Below the pieces are notes generated by a model. It worked only from the letters and a program-made list of their open reading frames with translations, was not told the origin of the DNA and did not search any database. From an uncultured Bacilli bacterium (GTDB lineage Bacteria; Bacillota_I; Bacilli_A; RF39; UBA660), in assembly GCA_947623815.1 (NCBI GenBank), contig CANQHO010000002.1, forward strand, positions 1 to 47,277: 47,277 nucleotides of DNA, given 5' to 3'. A program made the translations under genes and the position numbers. How positions within the stretch are numbered: the first letter of the stretch is position 1; each line of letters opens with the position of its first letter. Positions 8,480 to 18,693 of the stretch are shown here, in pieces.

Positions 8480-10130
8480 TGTCACTGTTATTAAAAAGCA
8501 ATAAAAAATCATTTAAATTTAAGTCACTATCATTGTGACTAAATATATTAAGTTTAAAATGTAACATTAATTTACGAACATTATCAACACTATCAATTCT
8601 TTCAACATATATTGTATCTATTATACTTCCAAATATTCTAAATACTGACTCATCATCATCTAGAACTACACTTTTAATTTTTTTATAAAAATTATCTATA
8701 TTATCTTTATAATCATATTCTTTTGAAATTGATAAACACTCATTCTTTTTCTTTTCTAAAATATTTAAATCAAAATTATATTTTTCTCTTCCTATATTAT
8801 ATTCTTCACTATCTATTTCTTTTCTTGCTCTCATATTAATTAGTTCTGCTTTGGCATTTTTAATATCTTCTATTTTTTTATTTATATCATTTACTTCTTT
8901 AGTATAATCTGTTTTTATCTTTGTTTCATTTATTAAATTATATATTTCTTTTAAACACTTACTTTCTTTATTTAAGAAAACATTTGCTATTTTTTTAAAT
9001 ATATCTAGTAATTCTTCATAATGAATAATTGGAGTATTACAACCATTTACTTTTTCTTTACCATATTTTCTATAATTTGAGCACCCCCAATATTTACTCA
9101 CTAACCCAGTTCTTTTATTTTTATAACTACCTTTTATAAAAGTTGCTCCATCATGATAGCATTTAATCTTACCAGATAGGGCATATCTCATATCAGTTCT
9201 AGTATGCGTTTTATGCTTATATGAATTTTTATTTATTATTTCATTGCACTTTTCCCATAATTCTTCTGATACAATTGGTGGACAAGTTTCATTATCTTTG
9301 TAAACTATCCATTCTTCAGGTTTAAATCTAATTCTTTTTTTAGAATGATAATCAACAGTCGTTTCTTTATGGGCGCAAAAATATCCTTTATATTTTGGAT
9401 TTCTAATTATTCTTCCAATTACAGTTCCTGCAAGTGGTTTATGTGTTTTACTTTTGATATTATATTTATCAAACAAATAATGACCTAATTTAGATGTTCC
9501 CATATATTCTTTACTATATTCATTAAATATAAGTCTAATTAACTCTGCCTCTTCTTCTACTATCTCTAACTTACCTTTGTTCTTTTTATAACCATAAAAA
9601 TTATCATTACCAGGAACTACTCCTTTTTCTATACTTCTTTTATATCCAAATCTAATTCTTTCTGATAGTTTTCTTATCTCCTCTTGAGCAATAGATGACA
9701 TAATAGTTAAACGAAGTTCTGAGTCTGAATCAAATGTGTTTATATTATCATTTAAGAAAAAAACACCTACATTATTAGCTAATAATTCTTGTGTGTATTT
9801 TATACTATCAACAGTATTTCTTGAAAACCTCGATATTTCTTTTGTTAGTATTAGATTAAATTTACCTTCTTTAGCGTCATTAATCATTTTAAGAAAATTA
9901 TCACGTTTATTTACACTAGTACCTGATATACCTTCATCTACATAACCAGAAACATATGTCCAATTATCTTGTCCTTTTATATAATTTTTAAAATACATAA
10001 CTTGATTTTCTAAAGAATTTAATTGTTCTTCATGATCTGTTGATACACGAGCATAAAATGTAACACGAAGTGGTAATTCAATAAGTTTTTTACCAGTAGC
10101 TAAAATATTTCTAATTTGATACAAATTCAT
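8442..10130 (-). CDS. Large serine recombinase (integrase of the 16-kb island)
   Basis: YARVSTDHEEQ carries the catalytic Ser. Also LTKEISRFSRN, a recombinase domain, a Cys cluster (KCYHDG ... WGCSNYRKYG ... GCNT) and a long coiled-coil C-terminus. The last 12 codons and the stop lie beyond the att junction at 8479/8480. Confidence 0.9.
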   Translation of the reverse strand: MNLYQIRNILATGKKLIELPLRVTFYARVSTDHEEQLNSLENQVMYFKNYIKGQDNWTYVSGYVDEGISGTSVNKRDNFLKMINDAKEGKFNLILTKEISRFSRNTVDSIKYTQELLANNVGVFFLNDNINTFDSDSELRLTIMSSIAQEEIRKLSERIRFGYKRSIEKGVVPGNDNFYGYKKNKGKLEIVEEEAELIRLIFNEYSKEYMGTSKLGHYLFDKYNIKSKTHKPLAGTVIGRIIRNPKYKGYFCAHKETTVDYHSKKRIRFKPEEWIVYKDNETCPPIVSEELWEKCNEIINKNSYKHKTHTRTDMRYALSGKIKCYHDGATFIKGSYKNKRTGLVSKYWGCSNYRKYGKEKVNGCNTPIIHYEELLDIFKKIANVFLNKESKCLKEIYNLINETKIKTDYTKEVNDINKKIEDIKNAKAELINMRARKEIDSEEYNIGREKYNFDLNILEKKKNECLSISKEYDYKDNIDNFYKKIKSVVLDDDESVFRIFGSIIDTIYVERIDSVDNVRKLMLHFKLNIFSHNDSDLNLNDFLLLFNNSDRCRGSFSGSSSR

Positions 10131-10148
10131 AAATCTTAGTACCTCCTT

Positions 10149-10364
10149 CTAAATCGGAATTTTAACTATTATATTTTTTACATCTTTATCTTTTTCTTGT
10201 AATTCTTTTAATTTATTAATATCTTCATCTAATTTTCCTACAATATTACTTGTATTTGCAAAATCAATTAAGCTTTTGTTATAAAGTTCATTTAGTAACT
10301 CTTTTTGTATTATTTTCTTAGCAATTAGAGTTTCAGAATTATTATTCAAATTTTCCCTCCTCAT
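10149..10364 (-). CDS. Hypothetical 71-aa coiled-coil protein upstream of the island recombinase
   Basis: ORF 18 nt upstream of the recombinase start. No motif recognised. Confidence 0.45.
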   Translation of the reverse strand: MRRENLNNNSETLIAKKIIQKELLNELYNKSLIDFANTSNIVGKLDEDINKLKELQEKDKDVKNIIVKIPI

Positions 10365-10500
10365 TTAAACTTATTAAAATAAATGAAAAAAAGAACTCAA
10401 ACGCACAAGTTATACAAATTAATCCGAAAACTCGAATATTTTAATGAATATAAAATAATCCATAGCGTGTTTTTTCAAATAATTATCCCCTTTTAAATAT

Positions 10501-10526
10501 TAAAAAGAGGAACACACAGTTCCTCT
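10501..10526 (-). terminator. Rho-independent terminator after the aph-like gene
   Basis: AGAGGAAC / GTTCCTCT stem with a 5-nt loop, followed by a T-run on the minus strand. Confidence 0.65.
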
Positions 10527-10573
10527 CTACATAATTTTTTCATAGTTTACCAATATAGGGGGTAAAAAATTTA

Positions 10574-11350
10574 TTATAAATATAGTTCCATCATTAATAA
10601 ATAATAATCAATTTTATCTCGATCAGGAATTATATTTAATTCCTCATAAAATCTTGGAATATATTGTTCACCATAATTCCTTCTTATTGATTTTTCACAA
10701 ATAGCCAAGTCAAACCATTTATCAGCAATACCACATTCACCAACATCAATAAAGCCAGTAAATTCATTACCTGACGCAAAGATATTTGGTAAACTAGTAT
10801 CTCCATGAGAAAAGCAACATTCATCATAAAATTTATTGTCCTTTAAAAATTTAATGATATTTTCTAAACTACCAAATTTTTTTAAAGTTTCTTCTTTTAA
10901 ATTTTCTAAATGAATTAAATTATTTTTTACATTATTTTCAACTAATGATAATTTATAATCAATTGAAACATTGAAAGGACAATTTTCAATATTTACTTTA
11001 TTTATTTGTTTAAATGCATCGGCAATTACTTTAATACCTACTCTTGGATTATTTAAATAATATTCTGAACATACCATTTCGCCATCAATAGATTTAGTAA
11101 TTAAATATTCTATATCATCTGTATAATCATATAAAACAATTTTAGGTACATTTAACTTACCGTCAAGCCATTTAAGCTTTTCATACTCTGAGGTAAGATT
11201 TCCTTTAGTTGAAATTTTAATAAAGTAAATTTTATCTAATTTTTTAATTTTAAAAACTTGAGAATCAGAACAACCAATACTAATTTCTTCTAATTTAGCA
11301 TCTGCAATAAATGCTTTAACCTTTTCACTTAATTTATAATTAAAATTCAT
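10574..11350 (-). CDS. aph: Aminoglycoside 3'-phosphotransferase-like kinase (APH(3') family)
   Basis: FSHGDTSLPNIF (HGD-x4-N catalytic loop), GFIDVGECGIADKWFDLA and C-terminal IDYYLLMMELYL closely follow the APH(3')-III-type pattern. Confidence 0.85.
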   Translation of the reverse strand: MNFNYKLSEKVKAFIADAKLEEISIGCSDSQVFKIKKLDKIYFIKISTKGNLTSEYEKLKWLDGKLNVPKIVLYDYTDDIEYLITKSIDGEMVCSEYYLNNPRVGIKVIADAFKQINKVNIENCPFNVSIDYKLSLVENNVKNNLIHLENLKEETLKKFGSLENIIKFLKDNKFYDECCFSHGDTSLPNIFASGNEFTGFIDVGECGIADKWFDLAICEKSIRRNYGEQYIPRFYEELNIIPDRDKIDYYLLMMELYL

Positions 11351-11360
11351 TTTATATCAC

Positions 11361-13022
11361 CTATTTTCTTCTACCGTGTGAATTCTTTTCATGTGGAACT
11401 AACTTTTTTGTTTTTTGTTCTTTGAAATAGTCGTAATTCCCTAAATATTGTTGAAACTTTTCTTCCTCTATATTAACTAACCTTTCAGCTAGTTTATTAA
11501 TAAAATATCTATCATGTGAAATAAAGAAAAGTGTACCTTGATATTCACTAAGTGCTTCTTCTAACATTTCTTTTGTATCTATATCAATATGGTTTGTAGG
11601 TTCATCAAGAATTAAAAGATTAGCTTTCTTTTGAATTAATTCAAATAATTTTAAACGAACTTTTTCTCCACCTGATAACTTACCAACTCTTTTAAACACA
11701 TTTTCACCATAAAATAAAAACTTAGCTAATGATGCTCTTAAATGAGTCTCGGTTCCATCATAAAATTTTCTAGCTGTATCCAATATTGTTGCGTTTTCAT
11801 TTTCAAATCTTATTTCTTGAGGAATATATCCTATAGAAACATTACTACCAACTTTAATTTCACCTTGACAAATATTATCACCGTATAAAACTGCTTTAAC
11901 AAATGTAGATTTACCAGAACCATTTTTACCCATCAAACATACTTTTTCACCGTATTTTAAATATAAAGAGGCACCATCAAATATAACTTTATCTCCAACA
12001 ATTATTCCTAAATCATCTGCAACTAAAACATCTTTACCTGATCTACCATTTATTTCAAAATCTAATGGCAATTTTTTTTTAGATTCAGGTCTATCCAATA
12101 GTTCCATTTTTTCAAGTTTTCTTTCAATGCAAGCTGCTCTTCTAAAGAATCTAGGATTATCGCCTCTTTCTCCCCATTCTTTTAATTTTTTTACCGCTGC
12201 TTTCATTGCTTCAATTTGTTTTTGTTGATTTTTATATTCATCAAATTCAGCAAGTGCTCTTCTTTCACTTTCTTCTAAATAATATGAATAATTTCCATGA
12301 TAAACTTCATCTTTACCTTTATCAATTAAAACAGTTTTCGTTACTACTTGATCTAAAAAGTATCTATCATGTGAACTAATTATAACTGTACCTTTATAAT
12401 TTCTTAAAAATTGTTCAAACCATTCTAAAGTATCAATATCTAAATGATTTGTAGGTTCATCCAATAATAAAATTTCTGGATTACTAATTATTAAAGAGGC
12501 CAAATTAACAATAGTCTTCTCTCCGCCAGAAAGTGTATTAAAACTTCTATGTAACATACTATCGGAGATTTTAAATCCATTACATATCTTACTTACTTTT
12601 TCATCTACTTCATATCCACCCATATCCATAAAACGTTCTTGCAATTTACTATAAATTTCAATAATAGGATTTAATTTTTCAGGAGATGCAATAGATAATT
12701 TTTCTTCATATTCTCTCAATTGTCTTTCTAATCTAAATATTTCTTCAAATGATTTTGTTAAAATTTCTTTTACGGTAACATTATCAGAAACTTTAGGAGG
12801 AATTTGAGATAATAAACCTATTGTAGCATTTCTTCTAATAGAAACCATACCTTGATCTAGATTCTCCTCACCAGAAATAATTTTAAATAATGTAGTTTTC
12901 CCACAACCGTTTGGTCCTATCAAAGCTATTCTTTCTCCTGTAGTTGCTTCTAAATTAAAGCCATCAAAAATTTTTTTAAAGCCAAAAGTCTTATGAGCAT
13001 TATTAACACTTATTTCTATCAT
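11361..13022 (-). CDS. ABC-F family ATPase (two ABC domains, no transmembrane domain)
   Basis: Walker A GPNGCGKTT and GKNGSGKST, signatures LSGGEK twice, LLLDEPTNHLD / LILDEPTNHID, and a charged inter-domain linker. Whether it is a housekeeping or an antibiotic-resistance type cannot be told by eye. Confidence 0.85.
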   Translation of the reverse strand: MIEISVNNAHKTFGFKKIFDGFNLEATTGERIALIGPNGCGKTTLFKIISGEENLDQGMVSIRRNATIGLLSQIPPKVSDNVTVKEILTKSFEEIFRLERQLREYEEKLSIASPEKLNPIIEIYSKLQERFMDMGGYEVDEKVSKICNGFKISDSMLHRSFNTLSGGEKTIVNLASLIISNPEILLLDEPTNHLDIDTLEWFEQFLRNYKGTVIISSHDRYFLDQVVTKTVLIDKGKDEVYHGNYSYYLEESERRALAEFDEYKNQQKQIEAMKAAVKKLKEWGERGDNPRFFRRAACIERKLEKMELLDRPESKKKLPLDFEINGRSGKDVLVADDLGIIVGDKVIFDGASLYLKYGEKVCLMGKNGSGKSTFVKAVLYGDNICQGEIKVGSNVSIGYIPQEIRFENENATILDTARKFYDGTETHLRASLAKFLFYGENVFKRVGKLSGGEKVRLKLFELIQKKANLLILDEPTNHIDIDTKEMLEEALSEYQGTLFFISHDRYFINKLAERLVNIEEEKFQQYLGNYDYFKEQKTKKLVPHEKNSHGRRK

Positions 13023-13053
13023 TTTAATTCACCTCTTTTTCAATGTCCATAGT

Positions 13054-13062
13054 ATTATAGCA
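13054..13062 (-). promoter_or_regulatory. Extended -10 element (TGCTATAAT) in the 59-bp gap before the ABC-F gene
   Basis: Read on the minus strand about 30 nt upstream of the ABC-F ATG. No strong -35. Confidence 0.35.
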
Positions 13063-13081
13063 TAAAATTCGATTAATTACA

Positions 13082-14044
13082 CTAGATTACCAATAATCGC
13101 TCTAAAATTTTAATCTGTTTATCTATATTAATATTTCTTGTTCGTAATAATATAATCCTTTTTGATTGTAAGCAATAATTATAATGAATACAATTTTTAT
13201 TGCGTTTTAATTTAGATAATTCTATTTCGTGTGGCAACTGATATTCTAATTCTGTACAACTTAATTTATTAATTATATAATTATATAATTTCTCATCTTC
13301 AATCCATATTGGAAATCTATGCCAAACATTATTATCGTTAGATTCAATATATTTAATTTTAGTATATTTTGTGAAAAAGTTTTTATATCTTTCTGAATTC
13401 ATTCTCTGTTCAAATACTATATTATCCGCAATAAGTTTTAAATCATCATAATTTATTTTTTCACATAATGGATACACATATGATAATAAAATATTTTTAT
13501 TCTCTCTACTTTCATTATCACAATAATCCATTGTTTTAAAAATTGACTTATCATTAAAAAATATGCCACCACCTATACCATAACTTAATGGTTTAGTTTT
13601 ACCAAATGATGTAACAATAATATCACTATGTTCTCCTATTTTATAACCGTCACTTCCAATATTCCATGCTTGAGCAACATCTTCAATTATCTTAATACCA
13701 TAATTTTTATATTTTTCTAGATTAATCTTATTTAAAATTCCATATTGATGTACCAATAAAATACAATTAATGCTTTGTTTACTCAATATATTATCGACAT
13801 CTTCATCAGTTAAATATAATCCATTTTTTGAATTCACAATCACTGGAATTAAATCTAATTTTAAAATTGTATTTACAATTGAATAACAAACTTCTGACAA
13901 AACCAAAACTTTATCCCCTTTTATTAATCCTAAATTACTTAATGCCACTTCGATAGCTAAAGTTCCAGAGTACGTTATAATACCATATTTTTTATTAAAT
14001 TCATGTGCAAATTTTTCTCCTAACAATTTATTATTATTTATCAT
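13082..14044 (-). CDS. DegT/DnrJ/EryC1-type PLP aminotransferase-like protein (short, 320 aa)
   Basis: GTLAIEVAL, IIEDVAQAW and SFGKTKPL (PLP-lysine context). About 40-60 aa shorter at the N-terminus than usual family members. Confidence 0.65.
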   Translation of the reverse strand: MINNNKLLGEKFAHEFNKKYGIITYSGTLAIEVALSNLGLIKGDKVLVLSEVCYSIVNTILKLDLIPVIVNSKNGLYLTDEDVDNILSKQSINCILLVHQYGILNKINLEKYKNYGIKIIEDVAQAWNIGSDGYKIGEHSDIIVTSFGKTKPLSYGIGGGIFFNDKSIFKTMDYCDNESRENKNILLSYVYPLCEKINYDDLKLIADNIVFEQRMNSERYKNFFTKYTKIKYIESNDNNVWHRFPIWIEDEKLYNYIINKLSCTELEYQLPHEIELSKLKRNKNCIHYNYCLQSKRIILLRTRNINIDKQIKILERLLVI

Positions 14045-14922
14045 ATACGCTTCTTCACCAAATTTTTTCCCTTATTATAACAATCACTTGCTAAACAAGA
14101 CATTTCATCATGACATAGTTCTTGTTCAATTAAAACTTTCCCATCAATATATCTTCCTATTTTATAATCTGGTTTTACCATATAAATACATGGATAAACA
14201 TTCATATCAGGTGCTATTACAACTTTATGAATTCCGGCAGGACATTTAAAATTACATTTATGATTCGTATCATAGCCAAAACTACCACATTTTTTAATTA
14301 GTAATTGTTCCTTTGTATAAATATGTCTTTCCATATTTAAATTTTCAAAAAATAATTTTTTTTGTTTTTCACTAAGAATATTTGAATTATCTAAATCAAT
14401 TGCATTTCCTGTATTTAAAAAATTTATAAATCTGATTTTTCTTACATCCATATTAACAACATTCTTACAAATTTGTAATACTTTATCATAATTATCTTTT
14501 GTAATGGTACACATTAATTCAACTTTAATACCATTTTCTTTTAATCTCAAAATATTGTCTCTCACCATTTTTTGTGAAACTGACGAAATATCTTCATGTA
14601 TTATAAAATGATATGACATTGCAACCATTTCAATACTACTATTTTTTATATCTTCAATTATAGAATCATCTTTATCTATTATTATTCCATTAGATAAAAG
14701 GCGTTTTTGACCAATTAAATCATAAGTTTTAAAGTAATCTCTATGTAAAAGCACTTCAGTACCATTAATATTAAGTTGATACCGGTCTTTTAGCTTATTG
14801 CACATATCATATAATACAGCTCCATTAATATTTCCTTTATATGATACATAACAATGTTTACATATTGTATCACAATCCGAGCATGACATTATTGTAATAT
14901 TTTCACCAGAAAATTCTTTCAT
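14041..14922 (-). CDS. Radical SAM enzyme with C-terminal auxiliary Cys cluster (SPASM/twitch-like)
   Basis: CDTICKHC (CxxxCxxC) near the N-terminus. C-terminal CNFKCPAG ... VYPCIY. 4-nt overlaps with both neighbours. Confidence 0.8.
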   Translation of the reverse strand: MKEFSGENITIMSCSDCDTICKHCYVSYKGNINGAVLYDMCNKLKDRYQLNINGTEVLLHRDYFKTYDLIGQKRLLSNGIIIDKDDSIIEDIKNSSIEMVAMSYHFIIHEDISSVSQKMVRDNILRLKENGIKVELMCTITKDNYDKVLQICKNVVNMDVRKIRFINFLNTGNAIDLDNSNILSEKQKKLFFENLNMERHIYTKEQLLIKKCGSFGYDTNHKCNFKCPAGIHKVVIAPDMNVYPCIYMVKPDYKIGRYIDGKVLIEQELCHDEMSCLASDCYNKGKNLVKKRI

Positions 14923-15644
14923 TTTGTCCTCCTACAATGATATAAATGCTTATGTTTAAAACCTTCTTTACCATATCCATCATCAATTTTTAATACTTCT
15001 AGATTGTTGTTTTTTATTACATCAAGTAATAATTTTTTATCATAGTAATAATATTTTTCACATTCAATGACGCTATTATTTGTACTGCATATTTTATATT
15101 CTATATTAAATTCAATATAATCTTTGAATCGCTTAGAACTATAAAACACTTCAACTTCATCATTAATTTCATTACAATAGTCCTTAAATAAAAATTCCTT
15201 ATTCTTTTCAATCTTTGTATTAAAACTTTCGGATATATCAAAAATTACTATAGTATTATCATCCATAACTTCATACAATTTTTTAAAAAATTGAGTAAGT
15301 TTTTTCTTATTATTATCAAATTGTAGTGTGCTATATGGAATAATAATTAAATCATATTTTTTTAATTCATTATAATCAAGAAAATTAACGCATATCGTAT
15401 TAATATTTTTTTCTTTATTTTTTAAACGCACTAATCTTTCTTTATCAAAATCAAGTGCAGTAACAACCGAATGTTTTGATAGTGGAATAGCTACTCTCCC
15501 AGTTCCAGCTCCTACCACTAAAATTTCTTTGGCATTATTCTCTTCTATTTGATGTAAATAATAATTAATATCATCATTTTGCCCTTTCAATGTATGTAAA
15601 TTATAAAAATCATACATTAATGCTAACAAATCTTTCTTATTCAT
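14919..15644 (-). CDS. Class I SAM-dependent methyltransferase
   Basis: Motif I ILVVGAGTGRVAIPL followed by an acidic residue (ALDFD). Confidence 0.8.
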   Translation of the reverse strand: MNKKDLLALMYDFYNLHTLKGQNDDINYYLHQIEENNAKEILVVGAGTGRVAIPLSKHSVVTALDFDKERLVRLKNKEKNINTICVNFLDYNELKKYDLIIIPYSTLQFDNNKKKLTQFFKKLYEVMDDNTIVIFDISESFNTKIEKNKEFLFKDYCNEINDEVEVFYSSKRFKDYIEFNIEYKICSTNNSVIECEKYYYYDKKLLLDVIKNNNLEVLKIDDGYGKEGFKHKHLYHCRRTK

Positions 15645-15646
15645 AA

Positions 15647-16609
15647 TTACTTTTCTCCATAATCATATACATTCAAATATAAATTATCTCTATTATTCCA
15701 ATGAAGATTATAAAACCTACTTTGATAAGCACCAAAAGAAATATTCCAATCCTCTATTGATTCAAATACAGAGCCTTCAAAATCCATGTATCTAACAATA
15801 TCGTTATTAATTAAATATTCAAATATTTTGTAATAAATATATGCAATTGCTATATCATCCTTTTCTTCTTCATAATATGAATATAGAATATATGCAGTAT
15901 TTGAATCCCATACAATATGAACACCACCTATTACTCTATCTTTTTCTTTAGCAACAAAACACATACCTTTGTTATTATTTATTGTCTCATATATATATGT
16001 TTTAACAAAATCAGAGGTAGACTCAAATCCGTATTTTGCTTCCCATTTCATCGCTTTATTTACATCAAAATATTTCATAGTAGAATCAACTATAAACTCT
16101 ACGTTTCTATTTTTAGCTTTTTTTATATCTTTCTTTCTATCACTGCCAAAACTATTATAAATCTTTTCAAGTCCTATTGATAAATCTAATTTATAAGTAT
16201 AACGTACTTCTGGTGTAAAATTTGATCTAATAAATGGCATAATGTCGATTATATTATTATCAGTAGAAAAATTAACTTCATCATAATTACTTTGTAAATA
16301 ATTACATAATGCTTTTTCTACATTTCTTATAAACCTAATTTTATTTCTTTCCTCATTTGGAAGATTAAAAATAACAGGTCCACCATATGGAATGTACATT
16401 GTACTTTGTGCTATTACTCTACTGTTATTACTATTGAAAACTGGCATAAATCCCAACAAAGTCATTTTTTCATCATATATTTTAAGAATTTTCTCACTTT
16501 GTTTTAATTTTAAAAACCAATCATATGCAAAACAAGTACCATTAAAACTATTATCGATTTTTTCATTCATATCTGGTATATCTTTTATATTTCCGAGTTC
16601 AATATGCAT
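15647..16609 (-). CDS. FemAB-like / GNAT (Acetyltransf_6-type) acyl- or aminoacyl-transferase
   Basis: Size and layout fit the FemAB/BioF2-like family: central RKKDIKKAKNRNVEF, later VIGGVHIVWDSNTAYILY and YMDFEGS ... SFGAY. Family assignment by pattern only. Confidence 0.5.
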   Translation of the reverse strand: MHIELGNIKDIPDMNEKIDNSFNGTCFAYDWFLKLKQSEKILKIYDEKMTLLGFMPVFNSNNSRVIAQSTMYIPYGGPVIFNLPNEERNKIRFIRNVEKALCNYLQSNYDEVNFSTDNNIIDIMPFIRSNFTPEVRYTYKLDLSIGLEKIYNSFGSDRKKDIKKAKNRNVEFIVDSTMKYFDVNKAMKWEAKYGFESTSDFVKTYIYETINNNKGMCFVAKEKDRVIGGVHIVWDSNTAYILYSYYEEEKDDIAIAYIYYKIFEYLINNDIVRYMDFEGSVFESIEDWNISFGAYQSRFYNLHWNNRDNLYLNVYDYGEK

Positions 16610-16673
16610 ATTAACCGATCATTCCTTTCATTTCATTCAAAGCTCATATAACCATGAAAAAATATTTTTCAAA

Positions 16674-17516
16674 CTAATTCTCTTTTTTGTAAATAACAAT
16701 ATGATTTCTATTTACAAAATCATTTTTAAGCGAATCGTATGTTTGATTTCTTCTCCCCCAAAAATCAATTTTAATTTGATTATCAATCGAGAAAATGTAT
16801 TCTAAATGATTAAATAATGCTATAAAACCAGCATATTTTTTTCTTCCTTGGTATGAAGAACCCCATTTAACTGCATACCAATAATCATTATCACCTTTAA
16901 ACATTAGAGAATAAGCTAATGGATTATCATTTTTATCACAAACAACAACTAAGTTACTATTATCCTTTTTCAGCAACAAAAAGGGTAAATATTGCAAATC
17001 TTCACGATTTAAGCTTTTCATATCTGATTTTTCTTCTTTTTTCCAAGAATCAAAATCTATTTTTAATACATAACTCCATAATTTTAATATATCGTCATTA
17101 ATAGAATTATAAAATATATAATTTTCTTTATTTTTTTTATACAATTTATAATCTCTTTTAATTTGTTTTCCACATTCATTTAGAAGATAATTTGAAAGAT
17201 TATTTTTAAGACATAATCTTGGTGCTTCCCAGCTATCAATTATTTCATATATAAATTTATTATCATTTGACATTTTTTTTAAATTATCTAGTATTTCAGA
17301 ATTATTAATATAACTAAATTTTACTTTATTTCCTTCATTTATTCTTTTTATTAACTGTTTAATTTCTAGTTCACCCATATTTGGATTAAAAAAATTTTGA
17401 CATATAAATAAGTTATTATCATTATAAAAATATAATTTTCCAATATTAACTATTTTATTTATCGGATATCTAATGTACAAAGAATCAATCCATATATTTG
17501 AATTACTAAAATTCAT
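16674..17516 (-). CDS. Second GNAT / FemAB-CelD-like transferase
   Basis: KRDYKLYKK, LAYSLMF-x-GDNDYWYAVKWGSS and KYAGFIALFNHLEY fit the same superfamily. Weak assignment. Confidence 0.45.
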   Translation of the reverse strand: MNFSNSNIWIDSLYIRYPINKIVNIGKLYFYNDNNLFICQNFFNPNMGELEIKQLIKRINEGNKVKFSYINNSEILDNLKKMSNDNKFIYEIIDSWEAPRLCLKNNLSNYLLNECGKQIKRDYKLYKKNKENYIFYNSINDDILKLWSYVLKIDFDSWKKEEKSDMKSLNREDLQYLPFLLLKKDNSNLVVVCDKNDNPLAYSLMFKGDNDYWYAVKWGSSYQGRKKYAGFIALFNHLEYIFSIDNQIKIDFWGRRNQTYDSLKNDFVNRNHIVIYKKEN

Positions 17517-18693
17517 TTTTATATTCCTCCAGTTTTTGAATAATATATCTTAAGTGTTTTTTCTTTAGAGATGCCGATAAATTAAACCAAGCCACTCTTC
17601 TAAATAAAGATTCAGCATTAGGACATTCTGTTTGTTGATATTTAGAAATATTATATGGGAACTTCGAATTATGCCAAGAATTTTTATATTTAAAGGTGTC
17701 GAATTGATTAATTAAGTTACTACAATATATATTAAAACCTATACCATTATTATTCATATATTTAATAAACTTATTACACTCACTCTGTGTATCAAATTCT
17801 AATGAAATATTTGAATATACTAATTTGCTATTATTAATGGAAGGTCTAATCTTATAAAATTTTTTATCAATAAAATCTATAATATAATCATAGTTTTTCT
17901 TCTGTTTATCTAAAATAATATTTATTTTTTTTAATTGTTCGTTTGCAATAGCACTTTGTAACTCAGTAATTTTAAAATTTTCACCATATATAGTATTTTT
18001 ATTTTCCCAAGTTGGATAATCACATCCAATTCTATACCCACCGTTATCATGATACATTTTAGCTAAATCATAAATTTTTTTATTATTGGTAGCTATAAAT
18101 CCACCTTCACCAGATGTAATAGTTTTACCTGCTTGAAGACTAAAAGCCCCACAATCTCCAATAGTACCAGCTTTTTTACCTTTTAATTCTGCACCAAATG
18201 CTTGTGCAGTATCTTCGATAACAATAAGATTATATTTTTTAGCTATCTTCATTATTCTAGCCATATCACATGGTTGTCCTTGCATATGAATAGCCAAAAT
18301 TGCTTTAGTTTTCGAACTAATATTTTTTTCTATTTCATTTGGATTGATATTCATTGTTTCATCTATATCGACAAATTTTGGAATTGCACCACATGCTAAT
18401 ACGCTATTAGCAGATGCAATAAATGTAAATGGTGACATTAATACTTCATCACCAGGACCTATTCCATTAGCTATGCAACACAATTTAATAGCACTTCCAC
18501 CATTTGAACAAGCTAAGACATATTTAACACCTAAATACTTTTTCATATTTGATTCGAATTCATCAGTTTTATAAAGTAAATTTGGTCCATGATATCTAAA
18601 TAGACTTTTACTCTTTAAAACTTGTTTAACTGCCTTAAATTCTTCTTTTCCAATATAATGTGTACCAATAAATGGATCATTAGGGATTATCAT
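17506..18693 (-). CDS. DegT/DnrJ/EryC1/StrS-family PLP-dependent sugar aminotransferase
   Basis: Full length (395 aa). NGGSAIKLC, VIEDTAQAFGA and FSLQAGKTITSGEGG (PLP-lysine motif). Confidence 0.85.
   Translation of the reverse strand: MIIPNDPFIGTHYIGKEEFKAVKQVLKSKSLFRYHGPNLLYKTDEFESNMKKYLGVKYVLACSNGGSAIKLCCIANGIGPGDEVLMSPFTFIASANSVLACGAIPKFVDIDETMNINPNEIEKNISSKTKAILAIHMQGQPCDMARIMKIAKKYNLIVIEDTAQAFGAELKGKKAGTIGDCGAFSLQAGKTITSGEGGFIATNNKKIYDLAKMYHDNGGYRIGCDYPTWENKNTIYGENFKITELQSAIANEQLKKINIILDKQKKNYDYIIDFIDKKFYKIRPSINNSKLVYSNISLEFDTQSECNKFIKYMNNNGIGFNIYCSNLINQFDTFKYKNSWHNSKFPYNISKYQQTECPNAESLFRRVAWFNLSASLKKKHLRYIIQKLEEYKNEF

Noticed and set aside
8168-8512. Track ORF 8168..8512 as an intact 114-aa gene
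   Set aside because: It is the middle fragment of the split carboxypeptidase. Its first 11 codons are island DNA and its last 11 codons are small-element DNA. Only 8204..8479 is host gene sequence.
11361-13022. The ABC-F protein as the exporter of the pathway product
   Set aside because: It has two nucleotide-binding domains and no transmembrane segment, and no permease gene is adjacent. ABC-F proteins act on the ribosome, not as transporters.
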